From positions 7,905 through 49,484 of the forward strand of contig CAYOMT010000002.1 in the NCBI GenBank assembly GCA_964405125.1: a stretch of DNA of 41,580 bases, written 5' to 3'. How positions within the stretch are numbered: the stretch's first letter is position 1; each line of letters begins with the position of its first letter. This document shows, one piece after another, positions 16,982 to 25,200 of this stretch. The position numbers and the translations under genes are program-made. The notes beneath the pieces were generated by a model. It searched no databases. It was given only the letters and a program-made list of their open reading frames with translations, and was not told the origin of the DNA. Source of the stretch: an uncultured bacterium (GTDB lineage Bacteria > Chlamydiota > Chlamydiia > Chlamydiales > SM23-39).

Positions 16982-17983
16982 ATGTATCGAAAATTCCTTC
17001 TGATTTGCTGTTTTTTATTTAGCGCAGATCTGTTTTCTTATGGATCTTTATCTGATTTACCCTCAAAGCATTCTTTGAGTTATGAAGGGGGAGACCGATT
17101 TGGAGATAGGGTATTGGTTTATGCGCAGGCCCGGTATCTCAGCTACATCACCTCGACTACATTTCTCTACAGGCCTTTTATTTATAGCGACACTTTAACA
17201 ATTGAGTTTCAGGCATTTCCTTATGAGGCTTATGCATGTCGCTATCATCGAGTCTTCCATATTTTTTCTCTTGAGACATTGACAGAGTTTTTTCGCATTC
17301 TCCGCGATCCTCATTCGCCTCCCACTTTATTTATCCTCGATTATTTTCCTTCCGATATTTCTGAATGGGATTTTGATGCGACGAGATCTTTGTTTTTAGA
17401 TATTCCGTGGGAAGATCCGGGATTTTCCTCGTATTTGAGAAAGAGTCTCTCGCCTCGGATTCACATACCTGATTTACGAAGCCAAGATCGTCTGAATGTG
17501 GCTATTCACGTTCGTACTTTAAGCGGTAGAGACACGGTAGAGTCTTCTTTTATGACTCTTCCTTTAAAACATCCGGGTTCGGATTATCACAAGCGGCAAA
17601 TTGCTCGGGTTTATGAATGGAATCTCAGGAAACCGTTGTATGTTTTCATCTTTAGCGACACGAAGAATCCTTCTCATGTTTTAAGGGATTTTCAAGAGAG
17701 TTTTCGAGGTAAAGATATTGTATTCGGGATTCAATATTTAGAATCTTCGGATACGAATTATGCCGTCCAAGATTTTTTTGCGATGCAGAAATTTGATGTG
17801 CTCATAGCGACTCAATCGAATTTTTCAGCCATGGCTTCCCGGGTAGGATCTCTGAATATGGTGTTCTTGCCTGTGCATGTGCAGGGAGTGTACCCGAATG
17901 CGCGAATAGATCGCACGCGGGTAATTAGTAAAAAAACCGACTGGTTTCCCTATGAGTTCGACATTATTTTTAAAGACCGGTAG
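16982..17983 (+). CDS. Fucosyltransferase-superfamily (GT11/GT23/POFUT-like) glycosyltransferase, divergent paralog
   Basis: The track ORF starts at 16889. The ATG at 16982 gives the leader MYRKFLLICCFLFSADLFS. Motifs: YEGGDRFGDRVLVYAQA (compare GGLGNQ.FQYA of GT11), LNVAIHVRTLSGRD (HxR..D motif), and IATQSNFSAMAS. Confidence 0.5.
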   Translation: MYRKFLLICCFLFSADLFSYGSLSDLPSKHSLSYEGGDRFGDRVLVYAQARYLSYITSTTFLYRPFIYSDTLTIEFQAFPYEAYACRYHRVFHIFSLETLTEFFRILRDPHSPPTLFILDYFPSDISEWDFDATRSLFLDIPWEDPGFSSYLRKSLSPRIHIPDLRSQDRLNVAIHVRTLSGRDTVESSFMTLPLKHPGSDYHKRQIARVYEWNLRKPLYVFIFSDTKNPSHVLRDFQESFRGKDIVFGIQYLESSDTNYAVQDFFAMQKFDVLIATQSNFSAMASRVGSLNMVFLPVHVQGVYPNARIDRTRVISKKTDWFPYEFDIIFKDR

Positions 17984-17984
17984 G

Positions 17985-19028
17985 TTAATAGCCGCCGTAA
18001 GTAAATACGAGGCGGGGATTGATGAATAATTTGTTGTGCCCTTTCGCGATCATGGAAGCGTGAAAGGTGACATGCTCGCATACCGATGGGTATTGATATA
18101 CAAAGAAATTCATCCTCCAAATTAAACTGTCGCCGAGCATAATTCCCACTTCAGGATCTTTAATTTGAGGAAGGTGGGGTTTTGGAGTGTCGATTGCAAC
18201 GAAGGATTTGGCTTTGCGGTTTTTGTCTTGGTAAACCCTAATTTGAGGGTGGTTTGGGTTTTTGTCGATGATCTGTTTTGCGATCAGTCCTAAATCTTTT
18301 GTGGCAATCCCTGAATATCTACAGCCGACAATGGATGATTTTTTATAAATTCCGCATCCTCCAAAAGCAGAGTAGACAGGGTACCAGTCATCGGTTTGTT
18401 TGAGGGAAAAAGAGCGCGGCATATACCACCAGTAATCTCCCAATAATTCGGCTCCAATCGGGTAGGCTTCATTGCGAAAAGCATACCAGTCCCAATAGGC
18501 TTTTCTAGGGTCGACTCCATAAGCAAAAACAGCATCCCATTCTATTTCTGTTTGAAAAGCTTCCACAATGCCTGCGAATGCAGGGGCGATTTTAAAATCC
18601 ATATCCAACCAAATTACGTGGCTAAAATTCTCGTATGCGTCGGACATGGCTATATCCAAAACAATATTTCTCGCTCTTGCAATGGCTTCCGGATGAAAAA
18701 AAGAGCCGTCCGGTTTTATGTTGACAATCGATTGATCCAATTCGGAGTAGGGAACTTTTTCTGTTTTTAGATGCAATCTTGGGTTTTTTTTCGCCCATTG
18801 CTGCAGAATATCGAGGGTTCTGTCTGTGGAATCATTTTCATAGACGATGATTCGATAGTCTTCAAAAAGAGAGCCTATCCGTTCGATGATCTGGATTGTG
18901 TAGGGCAGGGGGACTTCTACATTTTTGCAAACTCCGCAGATCAGAACTTGCTTCGGTACCATAGAGAAGAGAGATCCGTAGGTTAAAAGAAAAAGGGCGA
19001 TTGTATTTCTGATCAAAGGGGTTTTCAT
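17985..19028 (-). CDS. GT-A-fold (GT2-like) glycosyltransferase with a leader
   Basis: Motifs: VLICGVCKNVEVPLPYTIQ, RIIVYENDSTDRTLDILQQW, ARARN, and VIWLDMDF (DxD). Leader is MKTPLIRNTIALFLLTYGSLFS. The stop is 1 nt from the convergent stop of the previous gene. Confidence 0.55.
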   Translation of the reverse strand: MKTPLIRNTIALFLLTYGSLFSMVPKQVLICGVCKNVEVPLPYTIQIIERIGSLFEDYRIIVYENDSTDRTLDILQQWAKKNPRLHLKTEKVPYSELDQSIVNIKPDGSFFHPEAIARARNIVLDIAMSDAYENFSHVIWLDMDFKIAPAFAGIVEAFQTEIEWDAVFAYGVDPRKAYWDWYAFRNEAYPIGAELLGDYWWYMPRSFSLKQTDDWYPVYSAFGGCGIYKKSSIVGCRYSGIATKDLGLIAKQIIDKNPNHPQIRVYQDKNRKAKSFVAIDTPKPHLPQIKDPEVGIMLGDSLIWRMNFFVYQYPSVCEHVTFHASMIAKGHNKLFINPRLVFTYGGY

Positions 19029-19053
19029 GGAAGCTCCGTTTTTTTTTGCCAGA

Positions 19054-19084
19054 AACTTGTCATAGGCCGATTTCTTAAGTCAAT
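19054..19084 (-). promoter_or_regulatory. Conserved promoter/operator-like element (copy 1) upstream of 17985..19028
   Basis: The minus-strand reading is ATTGACTTAAGAAATCGGCCTATGACAAGTT. It matches 25 of 31 positions with the element at 26397-26427. It contains a TTGACT -35-like hexamer and ends about 26-28 nt before the ATG. Confidence 0.4.
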
Positions 19085-19182
19085 CATTTTTTTTACACTC
19101 TGAGAGACTTTCGTTGAGTTTCTTGCTTTTTTTTCAAAAATATTATAAGGTTTGCGGTCAATTAAAGATTTATGGAGATTTT

Positions 19183-19770
19183 ATGAGGAACTTTCTTTTT
19201 GCTTTATCTTGTTGCGCTGCGCTGTCTCCCTTGCTGTCAAATGTGGGACCGCAGGGTTTTGGCGAGTTTCGTCAAAATTATTTTGTTGAGACAGGCACTT
19301 TTGGCGGGGATGCGATTCAGCTTGCTTTGAATGCAGGCTTTACAAAAGTCCGCTCCATTGAATTCGATGCGAATCTTTGCCAAAATGCGCAGCGGCGCTT
19401 TTCGAACAACCCCAATGTTCGGATCGATCATGGAGATTCTTCGATCGATTTATGGAGATTGATTCAGGATCTTGATGAACCTGCGACATTTTGGCTGGAT
19501 GCTCATGTCTGTCCTCCGCGCACAGACGGGGGAAAAAATTGCCCTTTACTCGAAGAACTCGAACAAATCAAACGGCATCCAATTAAAACCCATATTATTT
19601 TGATCGATGATATGCATTGTTGCAATACTGAACTTTTTGATTTTATGAATCAAAGTCATTTCATTGAAAAATTATTGGAAATCAATCCAGATTACGAGAT
19701 TCGTTATGTGGATGGTGGAAATGATGGCGAATATAAAAACAACATCATGGTTGCGATCCCTCCGAAGTGA
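19183..19770 (+). CDS. Class I SAM-methyltransferase-like protein with a leader; paralog of the N-terminal half of 25201..26367
   Basis: The track ORF starts at 19114. The ATG at 19183 gives MRNFLFALSCCAALSPLLS. Motifs: YFVETGTFGGDAIQ (motif I-like), RSIEFD, ATFWLDAH, PLLEELEQIKRHPIKTHIILIDDMHCC. Confidence 0.55.
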   Translation: MRNFLFALSCCAALSPLLSNVGPQGFGEFRQNYFVETGTFGGDAIQLALNAGFTKVRSIEFDANLCQNAQRRFSNNPNVRIDHGDSSIDLWRLIQDLDEPATFWLDAHVCPPRTDGGKNCPLLEELEQIKRHPIKTHIILIDDMHCCNTELFDFMNQSHFIEKLLEINPDYEIRYVDGGNDGEYKNNIMVAIPPK

Positions 19771-19850
19771 ATATGAAAGGGTGTTTTTCAGAAATTTATT
19801 GTAAAACACCCTCGATTCTGTACTTTCTTAATCTTTTCAAAGGGAACTCC

Positions 19851-20843
19851 ATGAAACTTTCAGGATTTTTGGTTTTTAGACATGTATCTTTCTCTCTTTT
19901 GTTTTTTTGTTTTTCGCTCTCTGCATTATCTCCTCAGAAAAATTTGATTACTTATGAATTTAGCGGGGGCAGGTTTGGCGATAACCTTTTGAGCTATCTT
20001 CATGCCAAATGGATTTCCTATCGGTATCAGATCCCGCTGCTTTACAAACCGTTTCCCTATTCTTCGCAGCTAAAGCTTCATGATGTGGAGCTGCAATATT
20101 GTCCGGAGAATTATCCGGCATATAGGAAAGAAGTATATATGCGGGATGGTTTCTGCATGAATTTTTTTCAGGATAAATCCTTGTGTCTTTATATTTGTCC
20201 TTATTTTCCTGAAAATTCCTGGGAACAGATTCATTCAAGAGGACCTTCGGGCGAGCCGTGGTATCACTTTTTAGTGGATTGGCAAGATGTTGAATTTCGC
20301 GAGATTGTGAAAAATCTCATTTCCTTGAAACGGCAGTATCCCTTGACAGTGCCTCCCCAAGATAAAATTAATATCGCCATTCACTTTCGCGAAGGGGGTG
20401 GATACGACTCAGAGGATGTCATTTTTGACTTCATGACAAAAATCCCTCCTTTGGATTTTTATATTAAAGGACTGAGTCGGGTAATCAAGCTTTTCCCCGG
20501 AAAATCTTTTTATTGCCATCTGTTCACAGATGCTTTGAATCCACAGCAAACAATTCAAATATTTAGAGAATCTCTTCCAGAGGAAGTGGATATTACGTTT
20601 GGGTGCAGAGAAAAGGGGAATGTGCATAATAAGAATGTGCTCGAAGATTTTTTTTCCCTATTCGAATTTGACGTGCTTGTTCATCCCCAATCTAATTTTA
20701 GTTTGATTCCTTCTCTCATTCACGATTATGCCATTACTTATTCTCCCTTTTCTGCAAGGAGGGATGGTATAAATGTAGTGATTGATCAGGTCAAACTTGA
20801 AATCAACGAGGGGTTATATGAGCAATTGCTGCACAAACCCTGA
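19851..20843 (+). CDS. Fucosyltransferase-superfamily glycosyltransferase, close paralog of 26519..27523
   Basis: The ATG at 19851 follows AAGGGA and gives MKLSGFLVFRHVSFSLLFFCFSLSALS. Motifs: EFSGGRFGDNLLSYLHAKW, INIAIHFREGGGYD, and HPQSNFSLIPSLI. Confidence 0.55.
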   Translation: MKLSGFLVFRHVSFSLLFFCFSLSALSPQKNLITYEFSGGRFGDNLLSYLHAKWISYRYQIPLLYKPFPYSSQLKLHDVELQYCPENYPAYRKEVYMRDGFCMNFFQDKSLCLYICPYFPENSWEQIHSRGPSGEPWYHFLVDWQDVEFREIVKNLISLKRQYPLTVPPQDKINIAIHFREGGGYDSEDVIFDFMTKIPPLDFYIKGLSRVIKLFPGKSFYCHLFTDALNPQQTIQIFRESLPEEVDITFGCREKGNVHNKNVLEDFFSLFEFDVLVHPQSNFSLIPSLIHDYAITYSPFSARRDGINVVIDQVKLEINEGLYEQLLHKP

Positions 20844-20851
20844 GACTTTGG

Positions 20852-21808
20852 TCAATATTTTTTGATGGGGATGGATTGGATCCCTTCAAGATTTGCCCTT
20901 TTTGCAATGATCAAGCCATCTCCGGAACAACTTTCTCCGGTTGTATGTGTGGCGAGAATTGTGAGGCCATGGGCATTAAAAAAATCTAAGCAAGCAAAAT
21001 GCGCTCCCTTGTGATCGTGGGTAGAAATGACAAAATAATCAATATCCTGAAGATGGCGGATGGATGAGAGGAGCATTTCATATTCGGAGCCCTGCACATC
21101 TGCATGTAAAATGTGTACGTGATCGATTTTTTCCTTATCCATAAAGTCATCCAGCGAGATGCAGGAAGCCCCCTCTAGGTTGGGATCGTCATCAAAGACT
21201 GTTCCAACAAACCCCCGATAAAAAAATCCTGTCTTATCATTGAGTTCGAAATTTTTTCTTCCCACTTCAAGCCGTTTGGGATCTGGCTCGATTAAATAAT
21301 TTTTGGCGCCCTTCACTTCCGAGGCAAACCATAGAGAATAATAAGCCCAGTAGGAGCCGACCTCAATCATCGTTGCATTTTCCGGAATGTATTTTAAAAT
21401 TTCATAAAAACACTTTTCTTCTTGAGGTTCATGATGTCCTTTGAGACCGCAGATTACATCAGTAAGCCATTGGGAATCATAATAGGAATTTAAAACGACT
21501 TTGACTCCATTGTGCATGAGTTGATAGGGGATCTGTCCAGGAATGTTAAAAATTTCTCCTGCATGAGGATGTTTTGGGATATAGTCCGCATCATCCCCTG
21601 TGACAGTGAGAAGAGCGCGCTGCATTTGATAGGAAGGATCTCGAAGATTGCTCGGGTTGGAACTCATGAATGCCTTCCATCGATTTCTGTGTTCCGCCAT
21701 CTCTTCTTGCGTATAAATGATTGAGCCAGAGTTTGAATTGGGCATTTTGACATCTTGAGAAAGGCTCGCGGCGAATAAAAATAGAGAATAACTCATTGTT
21801 TGCAGCAT
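20852..21808 (-). CDS. FkbM-like methyltransferase with a leader
   Basis: Motifs: MIEVGSYWAYYSLWFA, NYLIEPDPKRLEVGRKNFELN, and IDHVHILHADVQGSEYEMLLSS. Leader is MLQTMSYSLFLFAASLS. Confidence 0.6.
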   Translation of the reverse strand: MLQTMSYSLFLFAASLSQDVKMPNSNSGSIIYTQEEMAEHRNRWKAFMSSNPSNLRDPSYQMQRALLTVTGDDADYIPKHPHAGEIFNIPGQIPYQLMHNGVKVVLNSYYDSQWLTDVICGLKGHHEPQEEKCFYEILKYIPENATMIEVGSYWAYYSLWFASEVKGAKNYLIEPDPKRLEVGRKNFELNDKTGFFYRGFVGTVFDDDPNLEGASCISLDDFMDKEKIDHVHILHADVQGSEYEMLLSSIRHLQDIDYFVISTHDHKGAHFACLDFFNAHGLTILATHTTGESCSGDGLIIAKRANLEGIQSIPIKKY

Positions 21809-21916
21809 GGGTTCCTATATGTTTTCATTTCTCTTGGATGCTCATGTTGTCAGAAGAGTTAAAAAAAATCTATAAAAAGTGGATGTATAAATTTTTTTTA
21901 GCTATACTTTACTGCC

Positions 21917-22702
21917 ATGATGAAAAGACTGATTTTTTTATTGCTTCTATTGAGTGGCAATCTAAGCGCAAATACAATGGAAAAATTCGCATATTTCCAT
22001 GTCCCCATGAGACCGGATGGGAAAATAGACATTCCAATTGAGATTCGACACATCAAATTGGATATTGGTTTGTCTTATAGCGCTCCCATGTCTCAGCAGT
22101 GGCTATCTAAGGAAAACGATTTGATGGTCTTTGGATTTGAACCGGATCCAACATCTGTTGAGACAATCAAAAGGGGCGCTGTGAAACAACATCCGGTTCA
22201 CGGAGATCCGTTGGAAGCGAGATATGTGGGGGATAGGATGTTTATTTTCCCTTGCGCTCTTGGGCTCCAGTCGGGAGGAGTGGCCAAGTTTTTTGTGACA
22301 AAGGAAAGCTGTGGATGTTCTAGCCTTTATTACCCGGTATTTTTCGAAGTGGAAAAGGTTCTTGAAGTCCCTGTTTTTCGACTCTCTGATTTCTTTGATC
22401 TCATGCCGTTTGATACCCATCCGGTGATTGATTACATCAAGATAGATGCGCAAGGTTCAGATCTCGATATTTTAAAAAGCGCAGGCCAGTATTTAGAAGA
22501 AAGAGTGGTCTATGTGACGGCTGAACCAGAAAATGATCAGTATAAAGAGACTTCAAATTCAGAGGGCGAGATGGATCGCTACATGAGAAGTATAGGATTT
22601 CGAAGGGATCATTCTCAAGACACCGGAGATCCTACCTATTTGAATCTTAGATTTTTAGATTATGTTCAGAAAAACAAGATTAAAATTTATCAAAGGGGTT
22701 AG
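21917..22702 (+). CDS. FkbM-like methyltransferase with a leader
   Basis: Motifs: IKLDIGLSYSAP, VFGFEPDPTSVETIK, FPCALGLQSG, and IDYIKIDAQGSDLDILKSAG. Leader is MMKRLIFLLLLLSGNLSA. Confidence 0.65.
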   Translation: MMKRLIFLLLLLSGNLSANTMEKFAYFHVPMRPDGKIDIPIEIRHIKLDIGLSYSAPMSQQWLSKENDLMVFGFEPDPTSVETIKRGAVKQHPVHGDPLEARYVGDRMFIFPCALGLQSGGVAKFFVTKESCGCSSLYYPVFFEVEKVLEVPVFRLSDFFDLMPFDTHPVIDYIKIDAQGSDLDILKSAGQYLEERVVYVTAEPENDQYKETSNSEGEMDRYMRSIGFRRDHSQDTGDPTYLNLRFLDYVQKNKIKIYQRG

Positions 22703-22705
22703 TTC

Positions 22706-23482
22706 GTGCTGCGGTATTTTTCTGTTTTTTTGTGCGTATTCAAGACTGTATTCGGGCATTTTGATTCTGCATGTCTACAGTATAATTTGGTCGAAGGGCT
22801 TCCGAATCTCTATTTGAGCCCGATGTCGGAAAAAATTGGACATACTTGGGTGGATGGAGGCGTTTGGGATAAGCCTTTAATCCAAAAATTTTATTCTTTA
22901 TTATCTTTGCACGATCCGTCGTTTGTCGCAATCGACGTGGGGGCTCAGACGGGCAGCTTTTCTCTTTTGGCGAAGTATTTTCCTAAGTCTCGTTGGTTTT
23001 CATTTGAGCCCTTGAAAGAGGCTTGTGAGGCTTTGAAAAACAATCTTTTGTTAAATGACATTCAAAATGTTTCAGTTTATCCAATTGCCCTTTCAAATAC
23101 CTCGGGGCAATGCATCTTGCAATTGCCGGCTATGAATGCTTGGGGACTGTCCACATTGGGGGAGCAAGTGCTGAGATTTGTTCCGATTGAACAAAGAAGT
23201 GTGGAATGCATCGATTTGGATCGTTTCGCTTTTCTCCACAAAATAGAGAAGGTTGACTTTATAAAAATCGATGTTGAAGGGTGGGAATTTTACGTTTTAC
23301 AGGGGGCTAAAGACCTGATTGAAAGAGATCATCCGATCATTCTCATGGAATACAATGAGACAAATATGAAGCAATGCGGCGTTTCAAGAAGTTGGATAGA
23401 TGGGTTTCTAGCAGAATTGGGCTATGAATGGAAATTGGTGAGTAGCGAAGATGTTTTGTGCATGCCAAAAACTCTGGATTGA
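22706..23482 (+). CDS. FkbM-family methyltransferase with a leader
   Basis: GTG start. Motifs: AIDVGAQTGSFSLLA, WFSFEPLKEACEALKNN, YPIALSNTSG, and VDFIKIDVEGWEFYVLQGA. Leader is (M)LRYFSVFLCVFKTVFG. Confidence 0.8.
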   Translation: MLRYFSVFLCVFKTVFGHFDSACLQYNLVEGLPNLYLSPMSEKIGHTWVDGGVWDKPLIQKFYSLLSLHDPSFVAIDVGAQTGSFSLLAKYFPKSRWFSFEPLKEACEALKNNLLLNDIQNVSVYPIALSNTSGQCILQLPAMNAWGLSTLGEQVLRFVPIEQRSVECIDLDRFAFLHKIEKVDFIKIDVEGWEFYVLQGAKDLIERDHPIILMEYNETNMKQCGVSRSWIDGFLAELGYEWKLVSSEDVLCMPKTLD

Positions 23483-23483
23483 A

Positions 23484-24302
23484 ATGACGAATTCAAAAAT
23501 AGGATTCTTTTTATCTCTTACATCTGTCTTTGTAACGGGGCTTATAGGACAAGAGAATATCGTGACAAATCCCTATCGAGAGGATGGATTTGGCGCTCAG
23601 TTTCAGTCTATCCTATTTGCCGCAATGTACGCTGAGCTGCATAATCAGAAATTTGTCTATACTCCGATTCACAAAATGGAGCATAACTACGACAACGATC
23701 CCGAATTTATAAATAAAAAAGAAAACCTTATTCATTTTATTGATCATTTTGATTTAAACCGAGATATTAATATCCAAAAATTGGGTTCGATCAATAAATA
23801 TCAAGATTTTTTCGAGAAGAACGTGTCTATTTGCGCAAATAGTTTCATTCTGAAAAAAATTAAAGAGATTTTCAGGATCAATAAAAGAAAAAAAGATTAT
23901 TTTGATACGGATAGATTGAATATTGCTCTTCATATAAGACGGCCAAATGGGCAGGATTCCCGATTGATAGGGGCTGATCTTCCAGATAGGATCTATCTCA
24001 ATATTCTTTGTTATTTAAGGAAGCTTTACTCTTCTCAAAATCCGCAGTTTCATATTTATTCGCAGGGGGATCTTGGGACATTCTTGGATATTTATGGCGC
24101 TTCGGATGTTGTTTTTCATATCAATGAAAGCCTCGAACAGACTTTTTCTTCTCTTGTATTTGCAGATGTGTTAGTTACGTCTTTAAGTTCATTGAGTTAT
24201 ACGGCAGGTTTTTTGTCGGAGGGAGAGGTCTTTTATCTCCCATTTTGGCACCCGCCGCTTCCTACTTGGACTATATTAGAAACTGGCTGGAAGAACTGGT
24301 AA
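23484..24302 (+). CDS. Divergent fucosyltransferase-superfamily-like glycosyltransferase (very AT-rich gene)
   Basis: The ATG at 23484 is 1 nt after the previous stop. Leader is MTNSKIGFFLSLTSVFVTGLIG. Motifs: EDGFGAQFQSILFAAMYA, LNIALHIRRPNGQD, and VLVTSLSSLSYTAGF follow the architecture of the other three FucT-like paralogs. Confidence 0.35.
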   Translation: MTNSKIGFFLSLTSVFVTGLIGQENIVTNPYREDGFGAQFQSILFAAMYAELHNQKFVYTPIHKMEHNYDNDPEFINKKENLIHFIDHFDLNRDINIQKLGSINKYQDFFEKNVSICANSFILKKIKEIFRINKRKKDYFDTDRLNIALHIRRPNGQDSRLIGADLPDRIYLNILCYLRKLYSSQNPQFHIYSQGDLGTFLDIYGASDVVFHINESLEQTFSSLVFADVLVTSLSSLSYTAGFLSEGEVFYLPFWHPPLPTWTILETGWKNW

Positions 24303-24306
24303 AGTC

Positions 24307-25143
24307 TTACTTTCTTTGGTTCTTCGAAACGATTTCAAAAAAATTGGGGACAGCTTCTTTTTTTATGGCTACGTAATTAGAAATAACAAAATTTTCTAAA
24401 TGGGGTCTCCATTCGGTAATTTGTATGAGGCCATTGGGTATGATTCTGAAAATGGAGTAATCATGCTGAGAAAGAAAATAAAAAATATCTTCCAGTTTTG
24501 TTTTTGCATCTATATAACACCCACCGTATTCGAACTGGATGGATGTGATTTTGTTTTGCTCAATTAGATCGGCAGCTCCTTGTAAAATAATCCATTCAGC
24601 GCCTTCCGCATCGATTTTGAGAAAATCAATTTGATCAATCCCATGATTTAAGCAAAAATGGGTGAGCGTGTCTTGTTCTACTTCGATGATTTTGGGAAGT
24701 TCGTGATCGGCTTTCAGTACTTCTCGTACATAGAAACTGCTGAGTCCTGCAAATTCAAATGACTCATCGTAATAACAAAAATCTGCTTTGCCGATATGAT
24801 TTGAGAGGGCTAAGTTGTGAGCATGAACGTTTGGGTAGTTCGATAGATGCTCTTGCAAGCGAGTGAAAACAATCGGGAGCGGCTCAAAAGCGTAGAGATG
24901 AATGGATCTATTTAAGTCTAGTGCATGCAAACTCCATTCGCCTACATTGGCTCCGACATCAAAAACAATGTCTCCGGAGCGAATCAGTTTTTGCATGAGA
25001 CTCAGCTCTCCATCCGTTTTTATGACCCATTCGCCGTATCCTAGATCCTTTGTTTGTTCGTTTTCAGTCATGATTTTATAGGCAAACAAATTCGTCGCTG
25101 TAAAGACAAGGCAGGCAAGGCATAGGTTTTTGGGATATCTCAT
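24307..25143 (-). CDS. FkbM-family methyltransferase with a leader
   Basis: Motifs: VFDVGANVGEWSLHA, LYAFEPLPIVFTRLQEH, HNLALSNHIGK, and IDFLKIDAEGAEWIILQGA. Leader is MRYPKNLCLACLVFTATNLFA. Confidence 0.8.
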   Translation of the reverse strand: MRYPKNLCLACLVFTATNLFAYKIMTENEQTKDLGYGEWVIKTDGELSLMQKLIRSGDIVFDVGANVGEWSLHALDLNRSIHLYAFEPLPIVFTRLQEHLSNYPNVHAHNLALSNHIGKADFCYYDESFEFAGLSSFYVREVLKADHELPKIIEVEQDTLTHFCLNHGIDQIDFLKIDAEGAEWIILQGAADLIEQNKITSIQFEYGGCYIDAKTKLEDIFYFLSQHDYSIFRIIPNGLIQITEWRPHLENFVISNYVAIKKEAVPNFFEIVSKNQRK

Positions 25144-25200
25144 GGGAATGAACCGTTTTGGTTGTTTTAAAAAAAGTGTATGGTTTTTAGCATAAAAAAA

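Noticed and set aside
19123-19149. Possible sigma-70/66-type promoter TTGCTT ... TATAAG upstream of 19183.
   Set aside because: The spacer is only about 15 nt (12 nt to the alternative TATTAT), and both hexamers are weak in a T-rich background.
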